From: Bilabrum cf. latius
Taxonomy: Eukaryota
Direction: 5' to 3'
DNA: 64,000 bases
Assembly: GCA_965178125.1 (NCBI GenBank)
Contig: OZ237751.1
Coordinates: 496,001 to 560,000 of the forward strand
Shown: in pieces, positions 11,277 to 23,900 of the stretch
How the letters are laid out: every line of letters starts with the position of its first letter
Position numbering within the stretch: position 1 is the first letter of the stretch
Notes under the pieces: model-generated
Seen by the model: only the letters and a program-made list of their open reading frames with translations
Databases searched by the model: none
What the model was told of the DNA's origin: nothing
Program-made: the position numbers and the translations under genes

Positions 11277-14200
11277 ATGTTTGGCGGGTTGAAGAGCCGA
11301 ATATGGCTTCATTTCGTTGTGTGTGGTTTGGCTTGGGGGGTTGATCACGCGGCGATCCAACTTCCGGGGACTTCTACACTTCCGCTGCAAGACAGCATTA
11401 CTGCCGCTCAAGCGTCTATTCTGGTGCCTTTTGGGAGCAAGCGGAAGAGTTTTGGTGGAATTTGTAACGGTAAGCAAGTGATCGATTGTCATTGCGCTCG
11501 ACAACCGCTCGTATGCTAGTCTTTTGAGCAAGATGTCGCTTCGCTGTGGACGCAGGGTCTTGGTGGCAGGTGGCAGGAACAGAACACTTGGGAATCGCCA
11601 ACCTAACAGGTAGAGATATGCGAATTCTAAGCGCACAGTCGGCTCGGCTGATTTTCCCGGGACTAAACCAAGGCTGGAATGGGTCGTCGAGGTGCTTCAT
11701 GTTCCGACACCCTTGGCCGGGCGTTCCCGGTGAATCATAGAGCCCATCGAAACTCTAGCGCTGGTCGTGGCCAGATACAGGTCCGTTACGTACAGCCTCA
11801 CAGCCGAGTCTTGCCGGTACCGGTTCTGTTGTGGTGGATGCGGATTCCGTTCCAGCACTCGGTACATTTTCTAGGATGGCGGGTGCGGCCACAGGGCAAA
11901 TGCCACCACCTTCCATAGAGGTCGTATCTCAGGCAAATAGTAGTTTTGGCGCTTTACCGCCTTCTCGAGTAGCCGAGCCGTACACTATCGAGACTTGGTA
12001 TGCGCCTATCCGCACGCAGTACGCGAGCTAGCTTGCTTTCAGGGCTTATAACATGTATGGCGGGACAGTTGGCTACGCGCCGACGAACGTGTACAGTCCG
12101 CTGAACGATTACTAGCACACTATACGAATGACTCTCCTGGGTTAGAGCGCCAGTCGCATGAGAATGTGCCTCTTGCTCAACATGGTGGACTGCCCCAAGT
12201 CGTGGTTCGACCCCGCCTGCTCCCCCATGGACGAGCCCGTGGACCCGACTGACGTGTGCCTGCAGAGCACCGTGTGGCCCATCCAGGGGACGGGATATCC
12301 GGCGCAACGGCAAGAATATGGGAAGGCGCACTTTCCCGCGCAGTGTCCCGTGAAGCCAGATCCGATCTCTCTAGGAATCGATCGTTTGCCGCCGCAGGCC
12401 TGGCTCAGCCCCCGGTATGCGCGCCACAATGTGACGATTCGAGGGGTTGCATCATGCGTAGAGACGTACGTCATTCCGAAACGAAGGCCCTCAGGAATAA
12501 CGTCGGCGTAGGAGACCTCCAAGTGGCACCAGGCTGTGAGCACAGTGTACCCGCCTGGCACCGTTGCCGTGCTGCCGTACGATGCAGATGTGACGATCCG
12601 CGGGGAGACAGCCGACTACGCCTGGCGCGTGAACCGAGGGCATGTGGTGACGATGATGCTGGACACGCCCGCTTCTGAGCTTAAAGGATACGAGTGGAAC
12701 TCCAGCGCACCAAGTGGACCAACGCTGGGAGGAGCGTATCAAGGTCAGGCTGGCCCCAGCATGAAACAAGATATCATTTGCGAGTTTCCACCGTTTATCG
12801 ATACCCCTTAGGTGGGACCAAACAGAGGTAGGCGCGTGCTTCTGGACTCTGCCTCCTGCGTGACCTCACGGTCATGCTCGCCTGACACGGGCAATGCCAC
12901 CAACCGTAAGGACCCGCGCATGGAGCGTGCCATTCGATCGTATGCACTGAGCGATGCAGTACGGGGCCCGTTCCCGACAGCACGTGTGGGCTGCGCAATG
13001 TCGTACGATGTGGACTTCAGTCGGTACCGAAGCGGTTAGCTGCCAGCAGACATGCCGGCTGGTCAGAATGGAGTTGCTACAGCCTTCGGAGGAGAATCAC
13101 AAGCGTATCTCACTGGCGAGAAAACTGATTTCACGCCTGCAACGTCAGGGCGATACATCCCACACGGCTCCAACGCCGAGACGAATAGTACCAAAGGTCA
13201 TCTCAACAGGCGATTCACTAGGCAACAGCAACGTGTAATGTTCAGCTAGGGCTGGGATCCCGCTCCGACGTCGGCAGCTGAGGGAGTAGCCATCGGGCCC
13301 CACGCAGTCTACAGAGGCGTTGTCACCGCCAGGGCATACCCGCCCTTCCCCAACCACACTCTGCCCAACATCACCAACGGGCAATGGACGCCATACAGGA
13401 CCAACGTGTACGGGTACTTCCAGGGCCGGGCCGCCGTGATGGCCGTGTGCGATGACCCGGATCACATCCCTGTGGATGCAGGCGTGGAGGCCCGTCTGGC
13501 ATCAGGAGGGGCAGGCCCTGGCTCTAGCTGGTCGATGGCCAGCAGCATCACGCGAGTGTGGTACTCGTACTGGCTGGGCTTCCCGTCGCTGGCGGCGGAT
13601 GGGGAGCTGTACGATGTGGGTCGGCTTGGGTATGCGCCTGCGCGCGGGGAGCTGCGCATGATGCATGGCAGTGCATCGGGGCCATCGTACAGCGCTGCGA
13701 GCGGGTACAGGGACGTGGTGCCTGGTCTGGCGTGCGTGTCGGACGCCGTGTCGCTGGGCGTGCGTCCGGGGCAGTACGGTCTGGCATGGTCTCAGCGCTT
13801 GCGGGGCAGCCGAGCGACGATGTGGTTCGACTTGGTGTTTGACCGGAACCGGTGGCCCGCGGCTCAGTCATGGGGAGATTATTTCGTGTTGCAAGCGCCC
13901 GGGCTGGACTATCCATCGCCGTCAGTGGAGCAGGTGCGGTGGCTGGAGGCCGATGTGCTGGACGACCTGAAGGACCTGGCGGGCGAGGGCAATGAGGATT
14001 TTGTTCGTGTTTGGGGTGTCGATGTGGTAGATGTGGTCGCGTCTGCCCCGGAGCCTCCACCGGCCAACGCGACTCTGGATGTGGGCACGCTGTGGATGCG
14101 GGTGAGCATGCAGGTGGAGGTGGGGACATCCACCTCGGAGCACCCGACTCAGGTGCCGGGACTGGGCGGGCTGCGCACGATGACGGCGGGGTCTGTGGCT

Positions 14201-15721
14201 CAGCGGGTATCGGCTGTGCTGCGTGGACAGCGTCCAGGTGCGTTGGCGGGCACGTGGACTTTGGCAGTGGATGAGTCGAGCGTGCGTTATCGTGTGTCGC
14301 TTCCGTGTCTTGGGTATGCGGGGGTGACTCGGTCAGTGGATTGCGAGTTGTCATGGTCTGAGTGGGTGTCTCGCGGTGCGACGTGGGCTCAGATCATTTT
14401 CGTAGTGCTACTCATGTCTCTCAAGTGTGCTTAGTTCGTATACTTGGTTGGTACGTAGGGGTGCTGTAGTAAAATGTACCTTTCGCGTATGGAAGGCTTT
14501 GGCGTGTACTTGTTGGTTCTGCAGGCTTTCGTAAAGGAGTGCCTTATGTGGACCGCCGTGTTCGCCCTCCGATAGGCAAGCCTTGATATACAAGGTGACC
14601 TGTTGGTCATTATTCTTGCCGGTATGATCAACCTCAGGTTAGCTCTAACGGTGTGCTTCAGTGCAGATCTCGGCGGGGTGCGACCGGATACAAGAAGCCT
14701 CTCAATCGACCAGAGCGTTGAAAACCGTACATCGCTGGTATAGGGGGAGCCGACTCAATCTGCTGGAAGGCGAACCAGCACGGCTTCAAAGCAGACCATC
14801 TGGGCGCGGTAGCCGCGTATCAGCAAGGAGCATCCAGGGGCCGTGCAAGCTCACAGGGCACCAGAGTTTGTAGCCGGTCCAACATGGGACGATCCGATGA
14901 GTCGCGAGTAGTTGCATCAAGTCACGCCGCGCACGACTATGGGAGCTGGAGAGCCGTTTGATCGGCAGCAGAACAATACTTCGCTCGGCCCCTCGTCTGA
15001 TTTTGCTGCGTTTAGTGTCCTGTCTCCAGGCTAGCACCCCTCCCGCGAGACGCAGGCGCTGCTGGGACTGGTGTCAAGGATGTCCCGAACGTCGCCCAGC
15101 CAGCTCTCTCTCATTCGAGCCTCCTCTGTTCTGGTCTGGGAGGCCCAGCTTCTCCTGCTTAGCGATGGTTGCTGCAAAATTTCAAGATCTGATCGCCCCA
15201 GTCGCTTGCAGAAGCACCTCCTCGGGACTGGCACAGACAGCTAGAGCGTTGGAGATGGCATTGATTAGACAGAGGGCGAGCCATGGACGGAGATGGGAGG
15301 CAGGTATGGGGCGGATGACGGCATGGAGACACTGGACGAACTGCCAGACCACCCCCACGGCTCCACCCAGGGCCAGGGCTCCAAGGCAGCCAGCGAGCCT
15401 GAGTCAGCCCCGGTGCCTTCTCGCCGGCGGCATGGCGAGTCCAGATGGTCTGAAGCCTGGCGCCACGTGAGACGCATCGGCGCATGGCTGCATGCAGCTG
15501 AGGGCATTCTGCTGGCCGTAGTGCTGGTGTGGTCGGGGGCATGCATAGGGGGCGTGTGTCCGTGGGGCGCGTGCTCGTGGACGCATCCCGGGGCGGATGT
15601 GGAGGGCATGCCGGGGCAGCTGCTGTCTTGGCAGCGAGTGCAGGCTGCCGGCGTGGCGTGGTTGGGCTGCTTGGTGTCAGTGGTAATGTCTATAATTGAG
15701 ATGGTAGTTGTTGTTGCTTGA
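11277..15721 (+). CDS. Uncharacterised signal-peptide, Cys-containing multipass membrane protein, family copy 1 (~1452 aa; intron 11470-11555)
   Basis: Exon 1 has a hydrophobic N-terminus (MFGGLKSRIWLHFVVCGLAWG) and ends at ICN-G. A GTAAG...CGCAG phase-1 intron follows. Exon 2 is one frame containing only TAG interruptions up to TGA 15719-15721, with hydrophobic segments near the C-terminus. Paralogous to four other loci in the window. Confidence 0.8.
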
Positions 15722-16055
15722 AAACGTGCAACGACTCAATGAATATGTTCGTTTTGACTAGGTCTACTGCACACAGCTCGACATCCCGCCGGCGACGGAT
15801 CCGGAGTCCACTGCGACCAATGCGACCTAAAGCTACATCCGAATGATGCAATAAACAGGATCTGGGCACGGAAAGTGATGGCATGCACATGCACCATATT
15901 TATAGTTTGTATGTGGTGTTTCCCTGTGCAATTAGTTTCTTGTAGTGAACTATCGGATGCAGTCCAGGCGGCGGACCCAGCGATACTAATAATAGACGGG
16001 ATCGATGGGTGCTTCAGTATCTCGGTTTCAAGCGCAAGGAGAGGCTGACAAGAGT

Positions 16056-19000
16056 CCCGGGTCCTGTTCTAGATTTTGTGAGAAGCGCAGCTCATTTTAC
16101 TGAAGCGCAGGTTTTGCATGGCCTCAAACGTCTTATGTACTGATTATCTAACATATATGTCCGAATGATGCAAATCGATTGATACCTCAACGGAGTTCTG
16201 GACCCTCTCAGATTGGAATGAAATTTGAAAGGTCATAGGTCACAGTGTAGGCTATCCGAGGACTTCCGGAAAAAAGTAAATACTACTTAATCGAAAGGTG
16301 GCACGGTGGTAGCCCGAAAGTGGCCGAGCAGCAAGTTTTCAAGCTGGCGTCGGTGCGCCCGGCCCCAGATTCCATTTTGACTGTCAACTTACGTACGAAT
16401 CGCGGGCTCAAGAAAGGAATAGTTTTGCCGAAGAGTATGATCACAGCCCTGAAAATACCTGAACCACGTGCTGTGATCGATGGTAAAAAACGAGCTAGGG
16501 TAGGCCCGGATGCAGGGCGCCAAGGCCCCGACGAAGCTGCAATGGAGGAACGACTGCGAGAGAAACTGCAGGGTTACCAGGGCGGGCCTCCCAGGGACGA
16601 ATCGTGTAAGCTAGAACCGTAGGATTACGTTCTTGTGTAGCTGCAGCAGATTCAGGAATTTGCCGTTGCTTTTGCCGTGCGCGTGCTTGCAGCTGCAGCT
16701 GGACTGCTGATCAGCGATAAGCGACTTGCAGACATCCTCAAGGAAATGTCTGACCCGCAGATTATGCAGTGGTCTGTAAGGTAGAATCGATCGAGTAGTA
16801 CGTCGTCGTGGTACAATAGGTTCGCCTCCGACAGCCCCTTCGGCACAATTTCCTTTGCGCAAGGCTCGCAAGCAAGTGCCTCTGGCCGGAACCGGGGCAC
16901 GGATAAGGGCAAAGTTAGGTTCGCGCAGCACCTGCAATTGTCAGGTGCGAGCTACATGTTGTATCAGTCCATGAGAGAATCGAACGTTGGATGTATTATG
17001 GCGATTAGTCGAGAGACTTGGAAGGCAGCATCCAAGGCAGTCGAGAAGGTTGCACTGAAGCTGTTGTCAGCGCGCATGAAGGAGAACCGCGAGCAAATTA
17101 AGAGAGAGGTGGCCCGACGGCGAGCCAAAAATCCGTATCTCAAGATACCGGTCTTTTTTGCCACTGATGGAGCCTGGTAGTACAAGGCGAAGATGAAGAG
17201 CTCTCGGGGCGTAGTGCTATTCATGGCCCGGTCTAGCATCGAGTGCGAGTGGAAGCTGGTGGCGATAGCCTTTTTGAAGATGATCAATACTGCAGCCAAG
17301 ATGAAGCAGGTAAGATTTGAAGTGTATCAGGACCTGGCCGATGTTCCCGAAGAGGACCGCGCAGCTGCCCTAGAGCACGGCATGCGAGCAAGGTTCCCCC
17401 TCGAGGACGGACACGCCCGCAATGCGTACGAGCACATGGGACTCGGCGAGTACTTGACACAATTTGAGATGCTGGCAAATTCATAGGCAGGGGAGACCAT
17501 GGCTCACCGATTGATGGCGTAGTACCTTGTTGGTTTTGCTTTGTTTGTCAGAGCAGACGGGTTGGGGTGCGCCCACGACGGTGATTGTGGGAGCGTCAAC
17601 GCGATCAAAGCTGTTTGTGAAATCAATAGCTTCCCTTTTTACCGCTCATTGGATGTTTTCCATGTGTTCAGGGTTTGGCTTAGAGAAGTACTGTCGCACG
17701 ACGTGGTAAAGCAGCTGCAGGAGTCCCAGCCTGTTCCAATGGCGTTCAGCATGCTGCTGCGCGGCGCCGAAAAATTGGACAAAGAGGTGTTGGGGCAGCT
17801 CGCTCCTATTCCAGATTCAGTTCTACTCCCGGCGAATGAATGTGGCGAGCGAGTGCCTGTGTACTTCGTGTCACCATGGACCGACATGCCAGTGACTGCC
17901 TTTGTCAAGGTTGGGCTGGATGGATCGATTACAGCCAACCAACTGCTCAAAGCGTTGAATACCGCCTGCCCAAGAGCAATGATGCCGTCCATGAAGCAGC
18001 TATAGGATGCAGGTTTCTTCTGCGTAGCCAACCAGGTGCGCAGGTACGGCGAGGTGTCACCGCCGATGAGCATGGATGAGGACACTCACAAGTACACCAG
18101 CGGTGGCGTGCAGATGTTGTCATCAGTGACTCAACACTCAGGCATTACGAGTTTCCTTGCGTCAGCCATGGCTTGGAGGCAGGTTTGTGAGAATGCCGGG
18201 TCGAACTACAGCGATTGGGAGCAAGTGGACGCTGAGGCGCGGGGCGCTACCGCTAACCTGAACATCCTCCAGATCAACAATGTCTACCGCCAGCTGCAGG
18301 CGAATGGGACAAAAGTTCATGCGCAAGCCGAGAATCTGTTGAAGCGGGGCAGCTCGGACTTGCATGTTAACATGGCAATGCGTCTAATGGCGCTTGTAGT
18401 GTAGTGGTTCGAAAACGGCTGGGAGCTTAGCGGATGTGAGGACATTGATGCCCATATGGGTTCCCGAATCGCCGGGAGTGCAGACGTCATACTATGCTCC
18501 CGTGCAGATCCTACCAACCATGCCATTGTGGATTTTAAGCACTGGATGTACTGCAAAACCAGCCGCATGCAGGGGTCCCTCTTTGGTGGGCCCCTTGTGG
18601 GGCAGGGGAGCAAGCTGGCCGGCGCGCAGATGTAGTGCGCAACGTACGGCGCCATTCGTGCCAAGAAGTACCCTGGCAAGTTCAGATTGACCAACGTTCA
18701 AATTGTCCCGCTACATGAAAGCCAGGCTGTCATGGTACAGAAGTTCCGCGAGTGTCTCGGGCTGGATGTTGCTGCTGCTGGTGTGCCACAACCGGTACCA
18801 CTGGCAGCACCATCTGCAGCATCTTCATCATCAAGTTCGTCTGCAGCTAGTTCGCGTCCTTAGCGAATGAGGAAGCCTAGCCCCCGCGGATAGGCAAGCA
18901 TGGATTCTGGTGATGATCACACTTCTTGGGGGGGCAGTGGCGCTGGCTCGTCGATGAACGGCGGGGTTGCTCAACCAGGGCACGACGATGCGGATGCTGA

Positions 19001-20891
19001 GCGATGCAGACGCAAGTCCCAGCTGAATGAGATGCTAGGACGCATGTTGAACGTTACAGCGTTACCAAAACCCGCAGTGGTGTGCAAATTAGACGAGTTC
19101 GACATCGAAGCAGCGGAGCTCCCTCGAGGCATGTGCTACTATGCTCCCGGCAGGATCGTGTCAATGATGAAAGATGGAAAGTGTGCGGACGCTACAGTAT
19201 GGAAAGGGTCTATTCTGGATGCTGGGCATGCAATTTTGCAAGAACGTGAGCAAGTGCTGGCTCTGATCGGTAAGTGCATGCGAGCTGTGCAGTTCACTCA
19301 GGCAGAGATTGACGACGTACTCAATGGCAAACGTAGCCTACTAGAGGTTGCTAGGTCTGCTGTTACGGCTGCTAGAGCACCGCGGATAGAGAAGCGACGC
19401 TAGCTGTTTGAAAGTTGTCGTTCTCGGTCTACTCCACCGAAGGAGCGGGCAGCGACGGTTGAGCAGCCAGGCATGGTCGCTAGCGTGGGCATTACATTAA
19501 CCGAACGTTTTGGTATCAAAACTGCTGTGACCAGCCCTTCTATGCATCAGTAGAGCCCCTAGAGCTCTAGCGCAAGCTCTTCAGCCGCGAGTTCGGCCTC
19601 GCGACCAGCGGACGCTGGACAGTTAGCTATGGTAGATCATGACGATGGAGACGATAGCAGCAGCGATTTATCGTCAGATGCGCCCTCTGATGCAGATTTA
19701 GAACCCAATGTAGCTAGGCTAGGTTAGATCGAGTTGGATATCGATTCGGACGAAGAATGGGGCTTTGAGTCTGGTGATCTTGAGGACGCTCTGCAGCAGG
19801 CGTCGGAGACTCCCGAGCTCGTGTCCAAAGCGATCAGCAGCTTGGCCTGCTCAAAGGACTATGACATAACCAGAGAAGCCATCGCCGCCCCGTCCCTGGA
19901 TACAGCGCAAAAACTGCTGAAAAGCATCTGTACCATGATCGGGAAGAAGGCAGGCAGGAAGCCCACGTAGGATGTGGCCAAGCGGGAGTGGGAGGGAAGG
20001 CTGCACCGCGGCATGAGCAACGCCCGTACGGTGGCTCTAGCTGGTGTCATCAGGTGTAATGGTCAGGCTAACATGGATGACACTCAACGAGAAGCAGTAG
20101 TGGTGCTCTGGCGCGTAGTGTTGACTTGTGCCATCGAGCACTGGTGCGGCCACCATAGCCTCTGTTGCCTGGTGCATGACGCGAAGCACGGAGATCGCTG
20201 CTAGCACGCAACTTCGATCGTGTACAAGCCGTAGTAGCCTTCATACACTGGACCAGGGCTTATGGCCAGTGTTGAGAGCTCTCTGCTGAGCCGCTCGACC
20301 ACGGATGTGGTGGCCATGGCCGATCCGAACAACTCAACTACCTGTGAGCAGCTCAACAAGCAGTCTCATCGCTACAGTGCCCGAACAGACAATCATCAGG
20401 ATAGTTACTACGTGTCTTCGTCATTGGCGTACCTGTGCCAGGTGTTTCCTAGGTTTCGCGAGGAGGCCTTGAGGAGCTGTGAGCTGAAGTTGCCGACATC
20501 ACCAGTTTCAGAGGCTGCTTCACGACAAATTGAGCAACAGAAGCGACGACATGCAGTTTATTCTGTGTCACGTCATGCCCGTAGCTTGGAGTATGCTCGG
20601 GAGAAGTCGAACAACCTCGTTACATCGTGTTTGAGCCGCGGAGACTATGGCACGCTTGGTCGAGCAGACCAAGACAGTCACGCGACCTTCTCCGCAGCCA
20701 TGGTCGTTTTGATGGAGGTACTTAATAGATTGAAGTGAACCTGGTCCTTTTTAAGTGCCACTGAAGTGTCGCAAATATGGAATAATATGAGGAAATTCGT
20801 GCACTGCCTAGTTTTCAAAATTTGTTTGGTAAATACCTGCATCACTACGATGCATGGTATAAAACTATACATTCAATACATTTGACCCGGG
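16056..20891 (+). mobile_element. Putative autonomous DNA transposon (boundaries approximate)
   Basis: Intact transposase-like ORF in a lower-GC segment with AT-rich flanks, lying between two paralogous host genes. No convincing TIR or TSD found; only an 8-bp inverted match (CCCGGGTC 16056 / GACCCGGG 20884). Confidence 0.5.
16218..20738 (+). CDS. Mutator-like DDE transposase with an embedded RecB/YqaJ-type PD-(D/E)XK nuclease domain, ~1506 aa
   Basis: Single frame from ATG 16218 to TGA 20736-20738 with many TAG and no TAA/TGA. Transposase motifs (Q marks TAG): ATDGAW[Q]YK..KSSRG, S[Q]AGE, HDGD, DVFH, HWCGHH..C..H, STTCEQLN. Nuclease motifs: GTKVH..AE, IAGSADV, IVDFK, [Q]CATY. Confidence 0.65.
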
Positions 20892-20921
20892 CGGTTGGTC
20901 TGATTGGGATTAAATGGCCGC

Positions 20922-23900
20922 ATGGGCGGGCGGATTTGTATCGGGCTGTCGCCGAAAAGTGCGGTTCCGGCGTAGTGCCTCGGACTCCGTACGTCCAGCA
21001 TGTCAAGAAAAATTAGTTATACTTGCAACGGTGAGGGACAATTGAGCATTCTTCTAGGAAACTATTTGGATTCATCTTGCTTGCTCTTGTCATGCCATCA
21101 CAAGCAACGGCAACGCCTACAAGTCTCCCAGGTAGTTGGCTTCAGTCGGAAGGCCCTGACAGGCTTGGAATAGTTCAACCCAGCAGACGAAGTACAAGAA
21201 TTCTGAATTCGACGGATGCTTCATTCGGACCTGAGAGAAGCGCGAGCTGGAATGGGAGTTCGAGGTGCTTCCTGTTCCCGCACCCGTGGACCGGTCTAGC
21301 TGGAGAAGTATCAAGCCCGTCTCCGCATTAGCACTGGACATGGCCTGTCGGTCCTGCTACGAAACCGGCGTAGCCAGGCAGCGTCAGAATAGCGCTACGA
21401 CGTGAATCTACGATTCCAACGCTTGGCACGTTCTGGAGGATGGCAGGGGCCTCCACGGGCCAGATGCCTCCTACTAGTCTGGGCGTGATTCCGCAGGACA
21501 AGCGCAGCATGGGCGTGCTGCCGCCCAGTCGGACCGTGGAACCGTTCACCGTAGAGACGTGGTTTGCCCCAATCAACACGCTATACGCGAGCAGCCTAGC
21601 TTAGACTCAGATGTGGATGTACTCAGGCACTCGTGGCTACGCAAACACCGATGTATTCAGTCCAATAGACTTGGCTCCGACAGACTTCAGAATGGCATAT
21701 ATGGGGCGAAATTAGGGCACCTTGTTCAGTTGCACGTACATGGTGTTTACCGACTGCCCCAAGTCGTGGTTCGACCCCGCCTGCTCCCCCATGGACCAGC
21801 CCGTGGACCCAACTGACGTGTGCCTGCAGAGCACCGTGTGGCCCATTCAGGGGACTGGACACCCAGCCGAAACCAAGATGGAAGTTCCAGGCAAGTTGGT
21901 GGACACTGCTACGTTGGCCACCTCCAGCAATTGTATTGGAAAACCTACACCGCTGAACGTTAGCATAGATAGGCTGCCGTCGCTTGGATCTACCAGCCAC
22001 CAGTATGTGGATTTCAATGTCTCAATACGGGGCACGGCAGCTTGTGTTGCATCTGACGCCGATCCAACGAAGCGCGGGGGAGGGTTACATGCTGCACAAG
22101 AGACCTCCAAGTGGCACCAGGCTGTGAGCACAGTGTACCCGCCTGGCACCGTTGCCGTGCTGCCGTACGATGCAGATGTGACGATCCGCGGGGAGACAGC
22201 CGACTACGCCTGGCGCGTGAACCGAGGGCATGTGGTGACGATGATGCTTGACACACCCGCCTCATATCTGCAAGGATACAGCAACACTCCTAGTCTTGGA
22301 CCATCGGGAGGACAGACTAGGCCAAGCTTCAAGACGGACCTGATGTGCGATTTCCCTTACCCTATCAGCACTAAACACATCTTCTCCCGTCGTAGCAGAC
22401 GCGTGCTTCTGGACTCTGCCTCCTGCGTGGCCTCACGGTCATGCTCGCCTGACACGGGCAATGCCACCAACCGTAAGGACCCGCGCATGGAGCGGGCCAT
22501 TCGATCGTATGCACTGAGCGATGCAGTACGGGGCCCGTTCCCGACAGCACGTGTGGGCTGCGCGATGTCGTACGATGTGGACTTCAGTCGGTACCGAAGC
22601 GCGTTGCTTCCTATGGACATGCCGGCCGGTCAGAATGGAGTTGCTACAGCCTTTGGAGGCTCATCACTTGCATACCGGTCGGAACAGCGAACGATAGTCC
22701 CAGCCTAGCGTGGACGGTACAATCCTTCATACCATCACCAATCTGGCACCGACTTTACAAACCAACGGACAGCTAGATTGCATGCACATTCACGCTCCAT
22801 GGGTACTGAGACCAAATGGAGCCAAGTTCCAACAGATGCTGACCCCGGTATTGCCATCGGGCCCCACGCAGTCTACAGAGGCGTCGTCACTGCCAGGGCA
22901 TACCCGCCCTTCCCCAACCACACTCTGCCCAACATCACCAACGGGCAATGGACGCCATACAGGACCAACGTGTATGGGTACTTCCAGGGCCGAGCCGCCG
23001 TGATGGCCGTGTGCGATGACCCGGATCACATCCCTGTGGATGCAGGCGTGGAGGCCCGGCTGGCATCAGGAGGGGCAGACTCTGGCTCTGGCTGGTCGAT
23101 GGCCAGCAGCATCACGCGAGTGTGGTACTCGTACTGGCTGGGCTTCCCGTCGCTGGCGGCGGATGGGGAGCTGTACGATGTGGGTCGGCTTGGGTATGCG
23201 CCTGCGCGCGGGGAGCTGCGCATGATGCATGGCAGTGCATCGGGGCCATCGTACAGCACTGCGAGCGGGTACAGGGACGTGGCGCCTGGTCTGGCGTGCA
23301 TGTCGGACGCTGTGTCGCTGGGCGTGCGTCCGGGGCAGTACGGTCTGGCATGGTCTCAGCGCTTGCGGGGCAGCCGAGCGACGATGTGGTTCGACTTGGT
23401 GTTTGACCGGAACCGGTGGCCCGCGGCTCAGTCGTGGGGTGGTGGATATGTGAGATAGGCGCCCGGGCTGGACTATCCATCGCCGTCAGTGGAGCAGGTG
23501 CGGTGGCTGGAGGCCGATGTGCTGGATGACCTGAAGGACCTGGCGGGCGAGGGTAATGAGGATACGGTACGGCGATGGGCCGTGCGTGTGGTGGACGTGG
23601 ATGCGTCTGCCCCGGAGCCTCCACCGGCCAACGCGACTCTGGATGTGGGCACGCTGTGGATGCGGGTGAGCATGCAGGTGGAGGTGGGGACATCCACCTC
23701 GGAGCACCCGACTCAGGTGCCGGGACTGGGCGGGCTGCGCACAATGACGGCGGGGTCTGTGGCTCAGCGGGTATCGGCTGTGCTGCGCGGACAGCGTCCA
23801 GGTGCGTTGGCGGGCACGTGGACTTTGGCAGTGGATGAGTCGAGCGTGCGTTATCGTGTGTCGCTTCCGTGTCTTGGGTATGCGGGGGTGACTTGGTCAG

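Noticed and set aside
13037-13039. TAG = Leu alternative (this TAG and 31154-31156 align with TTG/Leu in copies 2, 4 and 5)
   Set aside because: It is a single site in a variable junction, outweighed by at least eight positions where TAG matches Gln.
16056-20891. CCCGGGTC / GACCCGGG as terminal inverted repeats with a CG target duplication
   Set aside because: Only 8 bp match and similarity does not extend inward. Used as a tentative boundary only.
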